From positions 32,001 through 96,000 of IMG/VR virus record IMGVR_UViG_3300045912_000789: DNA of 64,000 bases; one strand, written 5' to 3'. The position numbers and the translations under genes are program-made. Position 1 is the first letter of the stretch, and each line of letters opens with the position of its first letter. The notes beneath the pieces were generated by a model. The model was not told the DNA's origin. It saw only the letters and a program-made list of their open reading frames with translations, and searched no databases. The stretch is from a virus. Shown here in pieces: positions 37,233 through 46,631 of this stretch.

Positions 37233-38507
37233 TCAGAACTTGATCGACTTGTTGCCGTCGCCGTCGTCGTCCTCGTCCCCACCGCCCTCGTCGGCGTAGG
37301 ACTCGGTGTCGCCGCCCTCGTCGGGGGCGTCGTCGTCCTTCTTCACGGCGAGGTCGGGGCGCAGGCCCTTGGTCAGCTCCTCGCCGCAGAGGAACTTCTG
37401 CGTGTCGAGGCTCTTCGGGACGAAGATCTCGGCCAGGTTGAGCGGGTTCTCGATCAGCTCCATCGCCCGCTTGTGGTCCTCGGCGTTGCCGGGCACGCCC
37501 GGCACGCGGATGGCCACGATCTCGGTGAGGTACTTCGTGCCGGTCTTCTTGCGGGTGATGCGGATGTCGAAGGACGTCAGACGACCCTCGACACCGTTGC
37601 CGCACTCCGCGCACTCGACCTTCGGCACGAAGGCGCCCTTCTCCCCGCAGGCCCCGCAGGAGCGGTTCTTGTTCCGCTCCATCGTGAGGTCCACGCCGCT
37701 GACCGTCTTCCCGATCGGGTGGACGGTCTCGCAGCCCGGGCAGATCACGTGGGTGGCGAAGAGGAGGTTCGCGCAGTTCGCGCAGTGGTTCTTCATCTTG
37801 TCGTCGGACTCGATGAGCACGCCCAGCTCCTCGGGCCCCATCGTCCAGTGCATGCGGTGCCCGAACTGGTACTTGAACTGCGCCAGCTCGGCGATGTCGT
37901 CGGCCCGCGCCTCCGCGAACGGAGCCGGGACGTACCGGTAGAGGATCTGCCCGGTGGCCTTCGACTTCTTCACCATGCCGCCGCTGTCGCGCAGCGGGAT
38001 GGCGAAGATCTTCTCCATCACCGTGATGCCGAGGGAGAACTGCGGCATGCTGCTGATCGGGGCCTTCGTGTCCGGCCGCACGCCCTTCTCCTGCTCGATC
38101 TTGTCGAGCTTGGCGTAGTGGTTCGAGCGGATGGCGCAGCCCCAGCAGGGGTGCTTCCGGTACGGACCGGCCGAGCAGATGAAGTCCGCGTCGACCCGCT
38201 TCCCGTTGTGGGTCCGGTTCTTGTTGCGCGGGATGTAGTGCTTCTGCGTCTCGTACCAGGTCGTCTCGGTCTGGACGACCGCCTTCTCCTTGCGATCGTA
38301 GATCTCCTGCTGGTACAGTGCGAACGGCGAGATGTTGATCCAGATCGGGGTCTCGCCGGGGTAGAAGCGGTCGAACTGGCCGACGGCGATCTTGCCGCTA
38401 CCACCTCCCCGCTTGTTGGCCTCCTGGCGGCGGCGACCCTGATCACCCAGGCGCGGGGCCCCGAGGGCGCCAGCGCTTCGCGTCTTCATGAAGGAACCGT
38501 TGGACAT
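37233..38507 (-). CDS. Putative single-stranded DNA-binding protein with multiple Zn-finger motifs
   Basis: Between primase and PolA; acidic C-terminal tail ending in Phe; CWGC, CANC, CPGC, CGAC and CAEC motifs. Confidence 0.6.
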   Translation of the reverse strand: MSNGSFMKTRSAGALGAPRLGDQGRRRQEANKRGGGSGKIAVGQFDRFYPGETPIWINISPFALYQQEIYDRKEKAVVQTETTWYETQKHYIPRNKNRTHNGKRVDADFICSAGPYRKHPCWGCAIRSNHYAKLDKIEQEKGVRPDTKAPISSMPQFSLGITVMEKIFAIPLRDSGGMVKKSKATGQILYRYVPAPFAEARADDIAELAQFKYQFGHRMHWTMGPEELGVLIESDDKMKNHCANCANLLFATHVICPGCETVHPIGKTVSGVDLTMERNKNRSCGACGEKGAFVPKVECAECGNGVEGRLTSFDIRITRKKTGTKYLTEIVAIRVPGVPGNAEDHKRAMELIENPLNLAEIFVPKSLDTQKFLCGEELTKGLRPDLAVKKDDDAPDEGGDTESYADEGGGDEDDDGDGNKSIKF

Positions 38508-39525
38508 GATCGTGTTGTCTCCAGTGGATGTATCGCTCAGCGTTTTTGATCGAAAGTCGAACTTCTTCAGTAGTCAGATCGTCAGGCTGTTCACGTTCGT
38601 CGGGATACGCCGCCACGCGGACGTCGATCCCGTACTGGGAGAGTATCCTCCCGGCGCGCACCGTACCACGCCAACCGGCCTCGTTGTTGTCGAGGAAGAG
38701 GATGACGTACTGGACGGTCGAAGCGATCAGCTCGGCGTGCAGACCCGTAAGATAAGCACCGATGAGGGCGACCGTGCTCTGATAGCCGGCTTGCCAGGTC
38801 CACATGCAGGCCTTGAATCCCTCGGTGACGATGAAGGGCTCGTCCTGCTCGGTGTTGGTGTAGAAGAACGGCCGGACCACGTGGGCGTGCCAGAGGACCG
38901 CGTCCTTCACCTCCTCCATCGAGTAGTCCTCCGGGATGTGGAACCCGTCCCGGAGCTTCATCTCGGAGTCGTAGATCTTGTAGCGAGGCTCCTGGTAGTC
39001 CAGGATGGCGCGGCCCGAGATGCCCACCAGCTCGCCGTAGATGTTCCGGATCGGGAACGTGATGCGCATGTTGCTCACGTCGTACCCGACCTCGAAGTGC
39101 CGAAGCGTGCGCTTGTCGAAGCCCTGCCGCATCAGCGCCTTCGGAGCCATGCGGTAGTCGTCGAGGATGTCCTCGTCGAGGATGAAGGGGCCGCGGTACA
39201 CGTTCGTGCTCGCCGTGAGGCGCGCGGCCACCTTCCCCCTCGCCGAGAGCGCGGGACCGGGCTTGTCCATCCCGGTCGCCTTCAGGATCGTGCTGACGCC
39301 CTCTCTGCCGAGCCCGAAGCTCTTCAGGATCTTCGAGAGGTGCCCAGACGCCTGGCAGGCGTGGCAGAAGAACACGGGCTTCTCCAGCGACACCGAGCAC
39401 GACGGGGTCTTCTCCTGACCGCTGCCGTGGAACGGGCACTGGATCATCACGTAGCCGCTGCCCCGCTTCGAGTTCGCCTGGAGCCCAGGCGCGAGGGAGA
39501 ACAGGGCCGACGCGACGTCCGTCAT
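38443..39525 (-). CDS. dnaG: DNA primase (DnaG-like, Zn finger plus TOPRIM)
   Basis: CPFH...FFCHAC zinc finger, RITFPIRN..GELVGISGR, IVTEG, FLDNNEAG. Confidence 0.85.
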   Translation of the reverse strand: MTDVASALFSLAPGLQANSKRGSGYVMIQCPFHGSGQEKTPSCSVSLEKPVFFCHACQASGHLSKILKSFGLGREGVSTILKATGMDKPGPALSARGKVAARLTASTNVYRGPFILDEDILDDYRMAPKALMRQGFDKRTLRHFEVGYDVSNMRITFPIRNIYGELVGISGRAILDYQEPRYKIYDSEMKLRDGFHIPEDYSMEEVKDAVLWHAHVVRPFFYTNTEQDEPFIVTEGFKACMWTWQAGYQSTVALIGAYLTGLHAELIASTVQYVILFLDNNEAGWRGTVRAGRILSQYGIDVRVAAYPDEREQPDDLTTEEVRLSIKNAERYIHWRQHDHVQRFLHEDAKRWRPRGPAPG

Positions 39526-41066
39526 CAGCCCCCCTCGCCCTCCGACACGAGCGGCGTGGTGTCGGTCTCCGCCGCATCGGGGAAGTCGTTCATGATGCGC
39601 TTCTCCTCCAGGCGGGCTGCGGCCTTCGCCTCAGCCTGCACGAGCTGCTTGTTCGCGCTGGTCTTGGTGCCGAAGTTGGAGGCCTTCTTCTTGACCTCCT
39701 CGGCCTCTTCCTTCGCCTCCTCTTCGTCCTCTTGCTTCAGCAGATCGGCGACCATCTTCTTGTTCGTGATGGTGGCCATCTCGCTGAAGTCCGAGCACGG
39801 CACGTTGTGGATGAGGATCCCGTCGAACGGGAACTCGCGACCACCGAGAGCGACCAGCGCGGACACGTCCTCGCCGTTCATCTTGCCGGTGATCACTCGG
39901 AAGCCGATGTCCATGTCCTGGCCGAAGGCGTCCGAGTAGCCGAGGTTCGAGAGCGAGCCGATCTTGTTGTCGGCCTCGCGGTTGAGCTGGTGCGTACCGA
40001 TCATCACGACGTTCATGGTCATCGCGAGATCCTTGAGGTTGCGCGAGAGCGCCGACATGACCTTCCAGTCGGTGTCGTTGCGCTTGGCGCCGTCCGCGAC
40101 CTGTCGGTAGAACGAGTCGCAGATGACGATGTCCGGCCGGAACAGCTCGATCTGAGACTCCATCCAGGACACCGGCCGGCCCGTCGACTCGATGATGTCG
40201 ATGGACGGCAGCGAACCGGGAGGGAGGTCGGGGATCGAGCTGCGCAGGCGGAACTCGTAGTGGTCGTCCTCTTCGTTCGGCCACTTCCCCCACGCCCGAG
40301 CCGCCTCGATGAGGCGCATCTCCTCGGCGGGGTCGAGCGAGCTGTCCTTGAACTCGCTGTAGCGCAGCTTGCAGAGCGTGGCGATCGCGCGGAGAAGGAC
40401 GAGTCGGCGCTTCATCTCCGGGGTGAAGATGAGCACCCGTGCGCGGTGGTAGGCGAAGGCGTGCACCCCGACACTGATCGCGGTGAACGTCTTCCGGGAC
40501 TTCGGGCGTCCCGCGATGATCGTGAACTCGCCGCGCTGCATGCCGCGCGTCGGCTTCTGTAGAGTCGGCCACGGCCACGGGATCCCCTCGGGCAAGATGA
40601 CCCCGTTGTCGTAGTCGGCGAGCACCTCATCGAACCCCGTGGCGAGGCTGATGTGCTTCGACCGCTGGAGCTTGTCCGTCATCCGACGCAGCTCTGCTTG
40701 CGTCTTGATGAGCGGATCGACGAGGCTGTCGGGCGACTTCGCGAGGTTGTCCAGCTCGATCGACATCTCCTGGATCCGCGACTTCATCTTCTGCGTCTGG
40801 GTCTCGTAGACCAGAGCTTCGAGAGTGTCGCCGGGATCCGGGTCGGGGAGGTCGATCGCGCCGCTCGTGAACCTGCTTCTCACCACAGACAGGGAAGGAA
40901 AACGCGCGACCCCGTCCGTGTTCGAGCGATACGTCGTGATGAAGTTGAAGACGACCGTCCCCTGTTCGGTCGTCATGTGCTCCGCGGTGATCTCACCCTG
41001 TTGGATCGGGGTGAAGTTCCCGCTGTGAAGCATCTTGGCGAGAAGTCGGAGTTCTACGTTGACCAC
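39525..41066 (-). CDS. dnaB: DnaB-like replicative helicase
   Basis: GEFTIIAGRPKSRKT, FTPEM, IVICDSFY, HQLNR and YSDAFGQDMD motifs; GTG start at 41066. Confidence 0.85.
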   Translation of the reverse strand: MVNVELRLLAKMLHSGNFTPIQQGEITAEHMTTEQGTVVFNFITTYRSNTDGVARFPSLSVVRSRFTSGAIDLPDPDPGDTLEALVYETQTQKMKSRIQEMSIELDNLAKSPDSLVDPLIKTQAELRRMTDKLQRSKHISLATGFDEVLADYDNGVILPEGIPWPWPTLQKPTRGMQRGEFTIIAGRPKSRKTFTAISVGVHAFAYHRARVLIFTPEMKRRLVLLRAIATLCKLRYSEFKDSSLDPAEEMRLIEAARAWGKWPNEEDDHYEFRLRSSIPDLPPGSLPSIDIIESTGRPVSWMESQIELFRPDIVICDSFYRQVADGAKRNDTDWKVMSALSRNLKDLAMTMNVVMIGTHQLNREADNKIGSLSNLGYSDAFGQDMDIGFRVITGKMNGEDVSALVALGGREFPFDGILIHNVPCSDFSEMATITNKKMVADLLKQEDEEEAKEEAEEVKKKASNFGTKTSANKQLVQAEAKAAARLEEKRIMNDFPDAAETDTTPLVSEGEGG

Positions 41067-41173
41067 TGACGCTCCCGGACCTGCCGTTCTAAGGGCCCTG
41101 CTCCCGCTGCGCAATAGGGGCGGCGCCGACCACAACCTGTTGTGGCTGCCCGCCCCGGGCTACGCTGCCGGAG

Positions 41174-42208
41174 CTACTTGATGAGCTGCATGAGCACGGC
41201 GCCCGCCAGCTCTGCGCTGACGTACGCGTCGTCGGGGCCTTCCTCCGTCTTCACGTTCGCGAGGATGGCCTCGAAGAGACCGAAGGCGTCGTGCACGGTG
41301 TGTGCGGCCTGGCGGTACACCGACTCGCAGCGGTGGATGAAGAGACGCTCGGCACCCGCCGCCTCCAGCATGTCGTTCATCGCCGAGATGGCGATGTCCT
41401 CGCTGGAGTAGGAGATCGTCCTGAGCTTCGAGAGCTTCTCCTCGATCGGACCCCAGAGGACCTTCGTCTTCTGGAGCGCCTCGGTGAACTTCTCGGTGAG
41501 GTTCGCGATGTCGCCCCGGTGGATGCGGCGGAGCACGGCCTGCTTCTTCAGCACGACCGGCACCCCGTGATCCGCGAGCCAGAGCATGGGGATGACCCAC
41601 AGGGAGGTGAACCCGACTTCGCTGTTCTTCAGCACGATGCCGGGGAAGCCGTAGAACGACGTGCCCGGGATGCCGATCCGTTCGTCCGTGACGGTGTACG
41701 CGTAGAACGCGCGGTCGGTCTTGCCGGAGTACGCGCTCACCGCGTAGCCGTTCGGCATCAGCTCGACGATCGCTCTCATGATGGCTACGTCGGGCAGGTC
41801 GGCGTACTTCGAGCTGACGATCCCTCGGATGAGCCGAAGGTCGGGCGAGTCGAAGCTCTGCATCGTCCGGAACATGAAGTTCCGGAGCGCGTGCAGTCGG
41901 ATGTTCAGCTCCTCGACCTCCTGCGTCCGCATGACGGTCTCGAACCACTTCTCGCGAGCGCCGAGGTGAGAGAGGAGCTGGCTACGGCTCCACTTCGTGA
42001 AGGCGTAGGGCATCGTCTTGGTGTCGTCACGCATCGAGATCGCGGCCAGGACGTCCGGCTTGTCGTCGCCCACGAAGGGCGCGATGTCGATCTCGATGAA
42101 CGTCATGTCGCGGGTCTCCGCGTCGGTGTAGACGAAGTCGGGGAGGCAGAGCGCAGCGAACGCCTCAACCCTCTTCGCCAGGGTCGTCAGCGGAGTCAGA
42201 CGATCCAT
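41174..42208 (-). CDS. DUF932-like phage protein
   Basis: WSRSQLLSHLG, RGIVSSKY, LKNSEVG.TSL and RRIHRG motifs; start uncertain. Confidence 0.6.
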   Translation of the reverse strand: MDRLTPLTTLAKRVEAFAALCLPDFVYTDAETRDMTFIEIDIAPFVGDDKPDVLAAISMRDDTKTMPYAFTKWSRSQLLSHLGAREKWFETVMRTQEVEELNIRLHALRNFMFRTMQSFDSPDLRLIRGIVSSKYADLPDVAIMRAIVELMPNGYAVSAYSGKTDRAFYAYTVTDERIGIPGTSFYGFPGIVLKNSEVGFTSLWVIPMLWLADHGVPVVLKKQAVLRRIHRGDIANLTEKFTEALQKTKVLWGPIEEKLSKLRTISYSSEDIAISAMNDMLEAAGAERLFIHRCESVYRQAAHTVHDAFGLFEAILANVKTEEGPDDAYVSAELAGAVLMQLIK

Positions 42209-42503
42209 GTAGGGCTTCAGAGATTCCACGTTGCAGTGCCTGTCGTACGGTGGGTGTCGAGGGGCTGGTGAAGTGGGCGTTTTCCGCGTGCCGCTTGCAC
42301 GCGTCGTGGAGCTTCTTGATCGCCTCCACGAAGGCCGGGTCCTCTCCCGCCGCCACCTCATGTCTCACCGTGCCGTGCACCGTGCCATCGGCATCGGAGA
42401 ACAGCGCGGTGTAGGAGACGGCGGGCCCCGCCGAGCCCTTGCCGATCACCTTCATGTCGGTGATCGAGACGATGCTTCCCTTGAAGCCGGTGTTGATGCT
42501 CAT
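42165..42503 (-). CDS. Hypothetical protein (112 aa)
   Basis: ATGA coupling. Confidence 0.6.
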   Translation of the reverse strand: MSINTGFKGSIVSITDMKVIGKGSAGPAVSYTALFSDADGTVHGTVRHEVAAGEDPAFVEAIKKLHDACKRHAENAHFTSPSTPTVRQALQRGISEALHGSSDSADDPGEEG

Positions 42504-42880
42504 CCGCCCTCGCGAACGTAGTGCGTCTTGAGGTGATCGTTGAGCATCTCGTACGCCACGCCGATGTTCGACTGGAGGAAGTCCAGGCACTCGTCGAGGC
42601 AGTACTGCTTCGCCATCTGCATCGAGTCGGCGTTCTGGTCGCAGGACAGCGTCACGCTGACGCTGATCTTCACGTTGCTGTAGCCGTACGGGCCACCGAT
42701 GCTCTCGCTCAGGTTGACGTTCACCTTCGCGTTGGCGTCGCCCAGGATGGCCTTGTACTTGTCGTTCGTCCTCATGATCTGCACCTTCCTCGAAGCGTCC
42801 TGTCCTCCGACCTGCACGATGACGTTCCCCCGCTCATCGCACAGCTCGATGTCCGCTTCGATGAACGCGGCGTCCCTCAT
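42500..42880 (-). CDS. Hypothetical protein (126 aa)
   Basis: ATGA coupling on both sides. Confidence 0.7.
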   Translation of the reverse strand: MRDAAFIEADIELCDERGNVIVQVGGQDASRKVQIMRTNDKYKAILGDANAKVNVNLSESIGGPYGYSNVKISVSVTLSCDQNADSMQMAKQYCLDECLDFLQSNIGVAYEMLNDHLKTHYVREGG

Positions 42881-43287
42881 GCTTCCTTCGGTCCGTAGAC
42901 CGTGACCGACCCGGTCGACTCGATCTGGTCGATCACGTCCTGCGGGATGAGGCCGGCCTTGCAGAGCTTGTTGTACTCCTCGCGGTCGATCTTGTACTCG
43001 ATCTTCACCGCCGCCTCGGCGTTCGGCATCAGGTCGAGCAGCTTCTTCGCGTCGACCTCGGTGCGCACCGAGATCTTGAACTCGCCGTACCGCGGGCCGA
43101 TGTCGTCGGCGTGCTTCTTCGCGAGACCCTTCGCCTCGGTGAGCGAGTCGTTGTAGCTCGTGACGAGCAGGTCGTACTGTTCGAGGATCCGGGCGTTCTG
43201 CGTACGGAAGGCGTTCAGGGCCTCCCGGGCCGCCTCCATCTTCGACACCGCGGCGACGAACACGAGCGGGGGGTTCTTGGCGGTCAC
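42877..43287 (-). CDS. Hypothetical protein (136 aa)
   Basis: GTGA coupling with the UDG-like stop. Confidence 0.65.
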   Translation of the reverse strand: MTAKNPPLVFVAAVSKMEAAREALNAFRTQNARILEQYDLLVTSYNDSLTEAKGLAKKHADDIGPRYGEFKISVRTEVDAKKLLDLMPNAEAAVKIEYKIDREEYNKLCKAGLIPQDVIDQIESTGSVTVYGPKEA

Positions 43288-43970
43288 TGTGCTTCCTCTT
43301 CCTTCTTCTTCAGCAGGTTGACGTAGCGCGACGCCTTCATGAAGGCCTCGATCGTGGTGGCGATCGGCCCGTGGGTGGCGACGCTGGGGTTGGCGATGAG
43401 CTGCTTGGGCGCGAGCGTCGCCATGACCGGATAGCGGACGGGGCGAAGCCGGCCCGGGATCCACGAGTCGAACAGCTCGCCCGCGGCGGTGCTGATGGTC
43501 TTGTGCTTGCCGCGGTGCTTCGTGGACACCAGCGCCTTCCACGGCTCGTCGCCCATCACGATGATGATCCGAGGATCGACCAGGTAGGCGATCTCCTCGA
43601 CGCGCGGCTGACACGCCTCGATCTCGGTCTTGTCCGGACCTCGGCTCTGCGTGCGCTCCGGCGTGTCGTCGGTCGCCGGGATGAGCACGTAGGGACGGCA
43701 CGCGACGATCGACGTGTAGAACACGTTCTTCCTCGCGTCGATGCCCGCTCGGTCGAGCATGTCCTCGACGAGCTGCCCTTCGTCGCCGCTGAGCAGCATG
43801 TTCTGGTTGATGTCCTCCTCGCTCGGCCCCTCGGTGATGACGAGGTAGTCGGCGTTGTAGGACCCGGCACCGAAGATGATCTCGGCGCTGCCGCGGAGCT
43901 TGGCCAGGCTGCACTTCGTGCAGCCCAGCCAGCGATCACGCAGCACGCGCAGCTTCTTCTGCGCGTCCAT
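43284..43970 (-). CDS. Uracil-DNA glycosylase family 4-like Fe-S protein with altered active-site motifs
   Basis: CTKCSL...IFGAG, TEGPSEED, ACRP, EIEAC and DPRIIIVMG motifs. Confidence 0.8.
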   Translation of the reverse strand: MDAQKKLRVLRDRWLGCTKCSLAKLRGSAEIIFGAGSYNADYLVITEGPSEEDINQNMLLSGDEGQLVEDMLDRAGIDARKNVFYTSIVACRPYVLIPATDDTPERTQSRGPDKTEIEACQPRVEEIAYLVDPRIIIVMGDEPWKALVSTKHRGKHKTISTAAGELFDSWIPGRLRPVRYPVMATLAPKQLIANPSVATHGPIATTIEAFMKASRYVNLLKKKEEEAQ

Positions 43971-43975
43971 CGACC

Positions 43976-44479
43976 TCAGCCCTTGACGAGCTGGACCCGC
44001 GGCGGGTCGAAGAACGCGAGGTACTCGCGGTACATCCACTCCTTGAAGCCCTCGTCCTGGTCGGCGACCCGGATGACGTACTCCCAGGAGTTGACCTCGA
44101 TCGTCGGCGTGCCGATGAAGTCGTACGGGACGAGGGCGTGGAGCTTCGTCCCGCCCTGCATGCCGACGATCCTCGGCTGGCCGTGGTCCATCACCGGCTG
44201 CCGCTTCTTCGGGCCCTCGGGGTTCCGGGGGTCCATCGGGACCTCTTCCATCTCCACGACCGGCGAGAAGCTCAGCTCGGAGATGTAGAGCAGCGACGCG
44301 TAGAGCTTGAAGCCCGGCTTGATCTCCGCGTTCTCGTCGAGGATGCCGACGAGGCGGTGGGGGACGGCGGAGACCAGGACGAGGCGCTCGCGCCAGGTCT
44401 GCTTGCCCATCGGGGTGTCCTGGGCGAGGTCGATCTCGCCCTTCTCGGTCTTGAACTTCGTGGGGGGCTTGTTCCTCAT
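43976..44479 (-). CDS. Hypothetical protein (167 aa)
   Basis: SD GAGG; C-terminal part of track ORF 43976..44776. Confidence 0.65.
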   Translation of the reverse strand: MRNKPPTKFKTEKGEIDLAQDTPMGKQTWRERLVLVSAVPHRLVGILDENAEIKPGFKLYASLLYISELSFSPVVEMEEVPMDPRNPEGPKKRQPVMDHGQPRIVGMQGGTKLHALVPYDFIGTPTIEVNSWEYVIRVADQDEGFKEWMYREYLAFFDPPRVQLVKG

Positions 44480-44490
44480 GTTCGGTCCTC

Positions 44491-45888
44491 TCAGATCTTC
44501 ATGGTCGTGTACGGGATCTTGCCGCCCTTGTGGGCGGGCCAGTGGCTCAAGAGCCAGCGGATCTTGCCACAGAGCGCAGCGAGCTGCTTGATGTACTTGT
44601 CCTCGAAGACGATCACCATCGGGTGCTTCTTGCCGTAGTACTTCCGGAGCACCCGACCCATCGTCTGTTGGAGCACGCCCTTCTTCGCGAACGGCTCGAC
44701 GAGGAACAGCGTGTCGAGCATCGGCTTGTTCAGCGCCTGCTTGCCCAGCGTCATGATGGCGATGACGGGGTTGCACTCCCTGATACGCCGTCTGCGCTCC
44801 TTTCCTTTCACGTCGCCGTTCACCACGCCGGCGTTGGGGAAACGAGCGCCCAGGATCTCGGTCATCTCCTTGCTGTGCGCGAGCACGAGCACCTGACGGT
44901 CCGAGTCGAGGGCGGCCTGGATGTCCTTCACGATGCGATCGGTGCGGCCGTCCTTGTTGGTGCGCGCGATGAAGCCGTACGTCATCCCGAAGTGGAACTT
45001 GTTCGTCTTGTCGTGCGTGTTCTCGTGGACGACCTTGTCGGCGAGGTTGAGGGTCGTCGGGAGCTGGCGGAAGACGAAGTCAGGACGCAGGTCCGGTGTG
45101 AGGTACGTGTAGACCACCTCGCCGATCGTGTATCGGAGCAAGGTGTCGAAGCCGTCCTCGCGATCCGGGGTCGCGCTGAGCCCCCATCGCCTGCCGTGGA
45201 ACGGCGGGATCGCGTTGTTGAAGTACGGAGCGCCCATCACGTGCGCCTCGTCGGAGATGATGACCCCGAAGTGGTGCAGCATCTCGGGAGGCAGGCGGTC
45301 CTCGTCGGCACGCTTCGCCAGGGTGTTGACCTGGGCGATCGTGATCGCCTTCTTCCAGTTGAACTTCCCGCCGCCGACGTACCCGATGTCCTTCGAGTCG
45401 ATGCCGAGGAAGTCCTCGATCTCTTCCATCCACTGCTCGGCCAGGCCCTCGTCCGTGACCGTGATGAGGATCGGTACTCCGAGCTGGGCGGCGCTGTGTA
45501 GGCCCACCACCGTCTTCCCCGCACCGCACCGCAGGCAAAGAATGCCGTCATGCGTGGCGAGCAGAGCCGCGCTCCCTCGCCGCTGGTAGTCCTTCTCGGG
45601 CTCCTTGGCGTCGAGGACGACGCGACTGGTGAAGCTCACCTTCGGGAACGATCGCACGCGTGCGTCGTAGATCTTGAAGGGCAGCTTCGACAACGTCTCC
45701 ATGCGCAGGTAGTTGCGGGGGACGCGGAAGTGGTGAGGCTCGTCCCTCCACGCTTCGATCGCTTCGTTGTTGCGACCGACGTAGGTGAAGGTCGACTCCA
45801 CCTGCGCCTGCGCGACGTGCGTCTTCGGGAGCCAGAGCCACGAGTCGATGTACCCGACGCCGGGTTCGCGCTTGTAGAACGTCGTCAT
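44491..45888 (-). CDS. Superfamily 2 DNA helicase (UvsW/XPB/ResIII-like)
   Basis: CGAGKT, DEAH, LSATPDREDG and QTMGRVLR motifs. Confidence 0.9.
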   Translation of the reverse strand: MTTFYKREPGVGYIDSWLWLPKTHVAQAQVESTFTYVGRNNEAIEAWRDEPHHFRVPRNYLRMETLSKLPFKIYDARVRSFPKVSFTSRVVLDAKEPEKDYQRRGSAALLATHDGILCLRCGAGKTVVGLHSAAQLGVPILITVTDEGLAEQWMEEIEDFLGIDSKDIGYVGGGKFNWKKAITIAQVNTLAKRADEDRLPPEMLHHFGVIISDEAHVMGAPYFNNAIPPFHGRRWGLSATPDREDGFDTLLRYTIGEVVYTYLTPDLRPDFVFRQLPTTLNLADKVVHENTHDKTNKFHFGMTYGFIARTNKDGRTDRIVKDIQAALDSDRQVLVLAHSKEMTEILGARFPNAGVVNGDVKGKERRRRIRECNPVIAIMTLGKQALNKPMLDTLFLVEPFAKKGVLQQTMGRVLRKYYGKKHPMVIVFEDKYIKQLAALCGKIRWLLSHWPAHKGGKIPYTTMKI

Positions 45889-45897
45889 GATAGAGGT

Positions 45898-45917
45898 GGG
45901 GCGGCTTTCGCCGCCCC
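45898..45917 (-). terminator. GAAA-tetraloop hairpin between co-oriented genes
   Basis: GGGGCGGC-GAAA-GCCGCCCC; no U tract. Confidence 0.4.
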
Positions 45918-45920
45918 CGA

Positions 45921-46568
45921 TCACTTCCTTCGTCCGAAGAGGTCGACGGTGCGAGAGTAGTCGTAGACGTGCCAGCCGGTCGAGGCGATCCAGCCTTGAG
46001 CGACGTTCTTGAAGAGGCGGCCGAGAACGGACTCCTCCTCGTGGGGCAGGAACGTGGGCGAGACGCCTCCGCTGTGCGAGGGCATCGGCGCAGCATAGGG
46101 CGTCTGCATCGCCACCGGCCACTCCACCGGCGGCTGCACCGGGTACGGCAGGGGAGCCGGCACCTGGAACGGGGTGGGCAGCACGGCACCGGGGCGAGGC
46201 GGGCCGTCTGCTTTCGGGATCGTGGTGGGCGCGGTGCCCCAGGCACCCCAGCCCTTCAGGTGGTCGGCCAGGTTGGGCGTTCGGCCGAGGAGCTGGCTGC
46301 CGTTTCCTCTGTCGCCGAAGGGCTTGGGTTCGTTCGTGTGGACGGGGAGCGATCTACGATCGCTCGTCATGGACTTCGCGCGGATCGTGGCCGCGACGCA
46401 TTCCGCCTTCGACTTGCACTCGTTGTAGTACTCGCCCTTGTACCAGCCTCCGTTGCACATGTTCGCGGTCGAGCTGCTCCCGGGCGTCTCGTACTCGGCC
46501 CAGGACGTGCAGTTCTTCGGGCTTCCAGTCGGACCGAGCAGGGTGAGCCCGGTCTGGGGTCGCTGCAT
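45921..46568 (-). CDS. Hypothetical protein with Cys-rich N-terminus and Pro-rich linker (215 aa)
   Basis: First gene of the replication block; class B motif plus SD upstream. Confidence 0.7.
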   Translation of the reverse strand: MQRPQTGLTLLGPTGSPKNCTSWAEYETPGSSSTANMCNGGWYKGEYYNECKSKAECVAATIRAKSMTSDRRSLPVHTNEPKPFGDRGNGSQLLGRTPNLADHLKGWGAWGTAPTTIPKADGPPRPGAVLPTPFQVPAPLPYPVQPPVEWPVAMQTPYAAPMPSHSGGVSPTFLPHEEESVLGRLFKNVAQGWIASTGWHVYDYSRTVDLFGRRK

Positions 46569-46572
46569 AGTA

Positions 46573-46590
46573 CCTCCACCTGCTGATAGG
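46573..46590 (-). promoter_or_regulatory. Class B motif plus SD, CCTATCAGCAGGTGGAGG
   Basis: Exact match to 5920..5937 (+). Confidence 0.7.
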
Positions 46591-46595
46591 CTCGT

Positions 46596-46625
46596 TTGAC
46601 CGCTTTCCCCTCTCCGAGATACGCT
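46596..46625 (+). promoter_or_regulatory. Class A promoter TTGACC-N18-TACGCT, leaderless
   Basis: -10 box ends 6 nt before ATG 46632. Confidence 0.7.
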
Positions 46626-46631
46626 TCGGGC

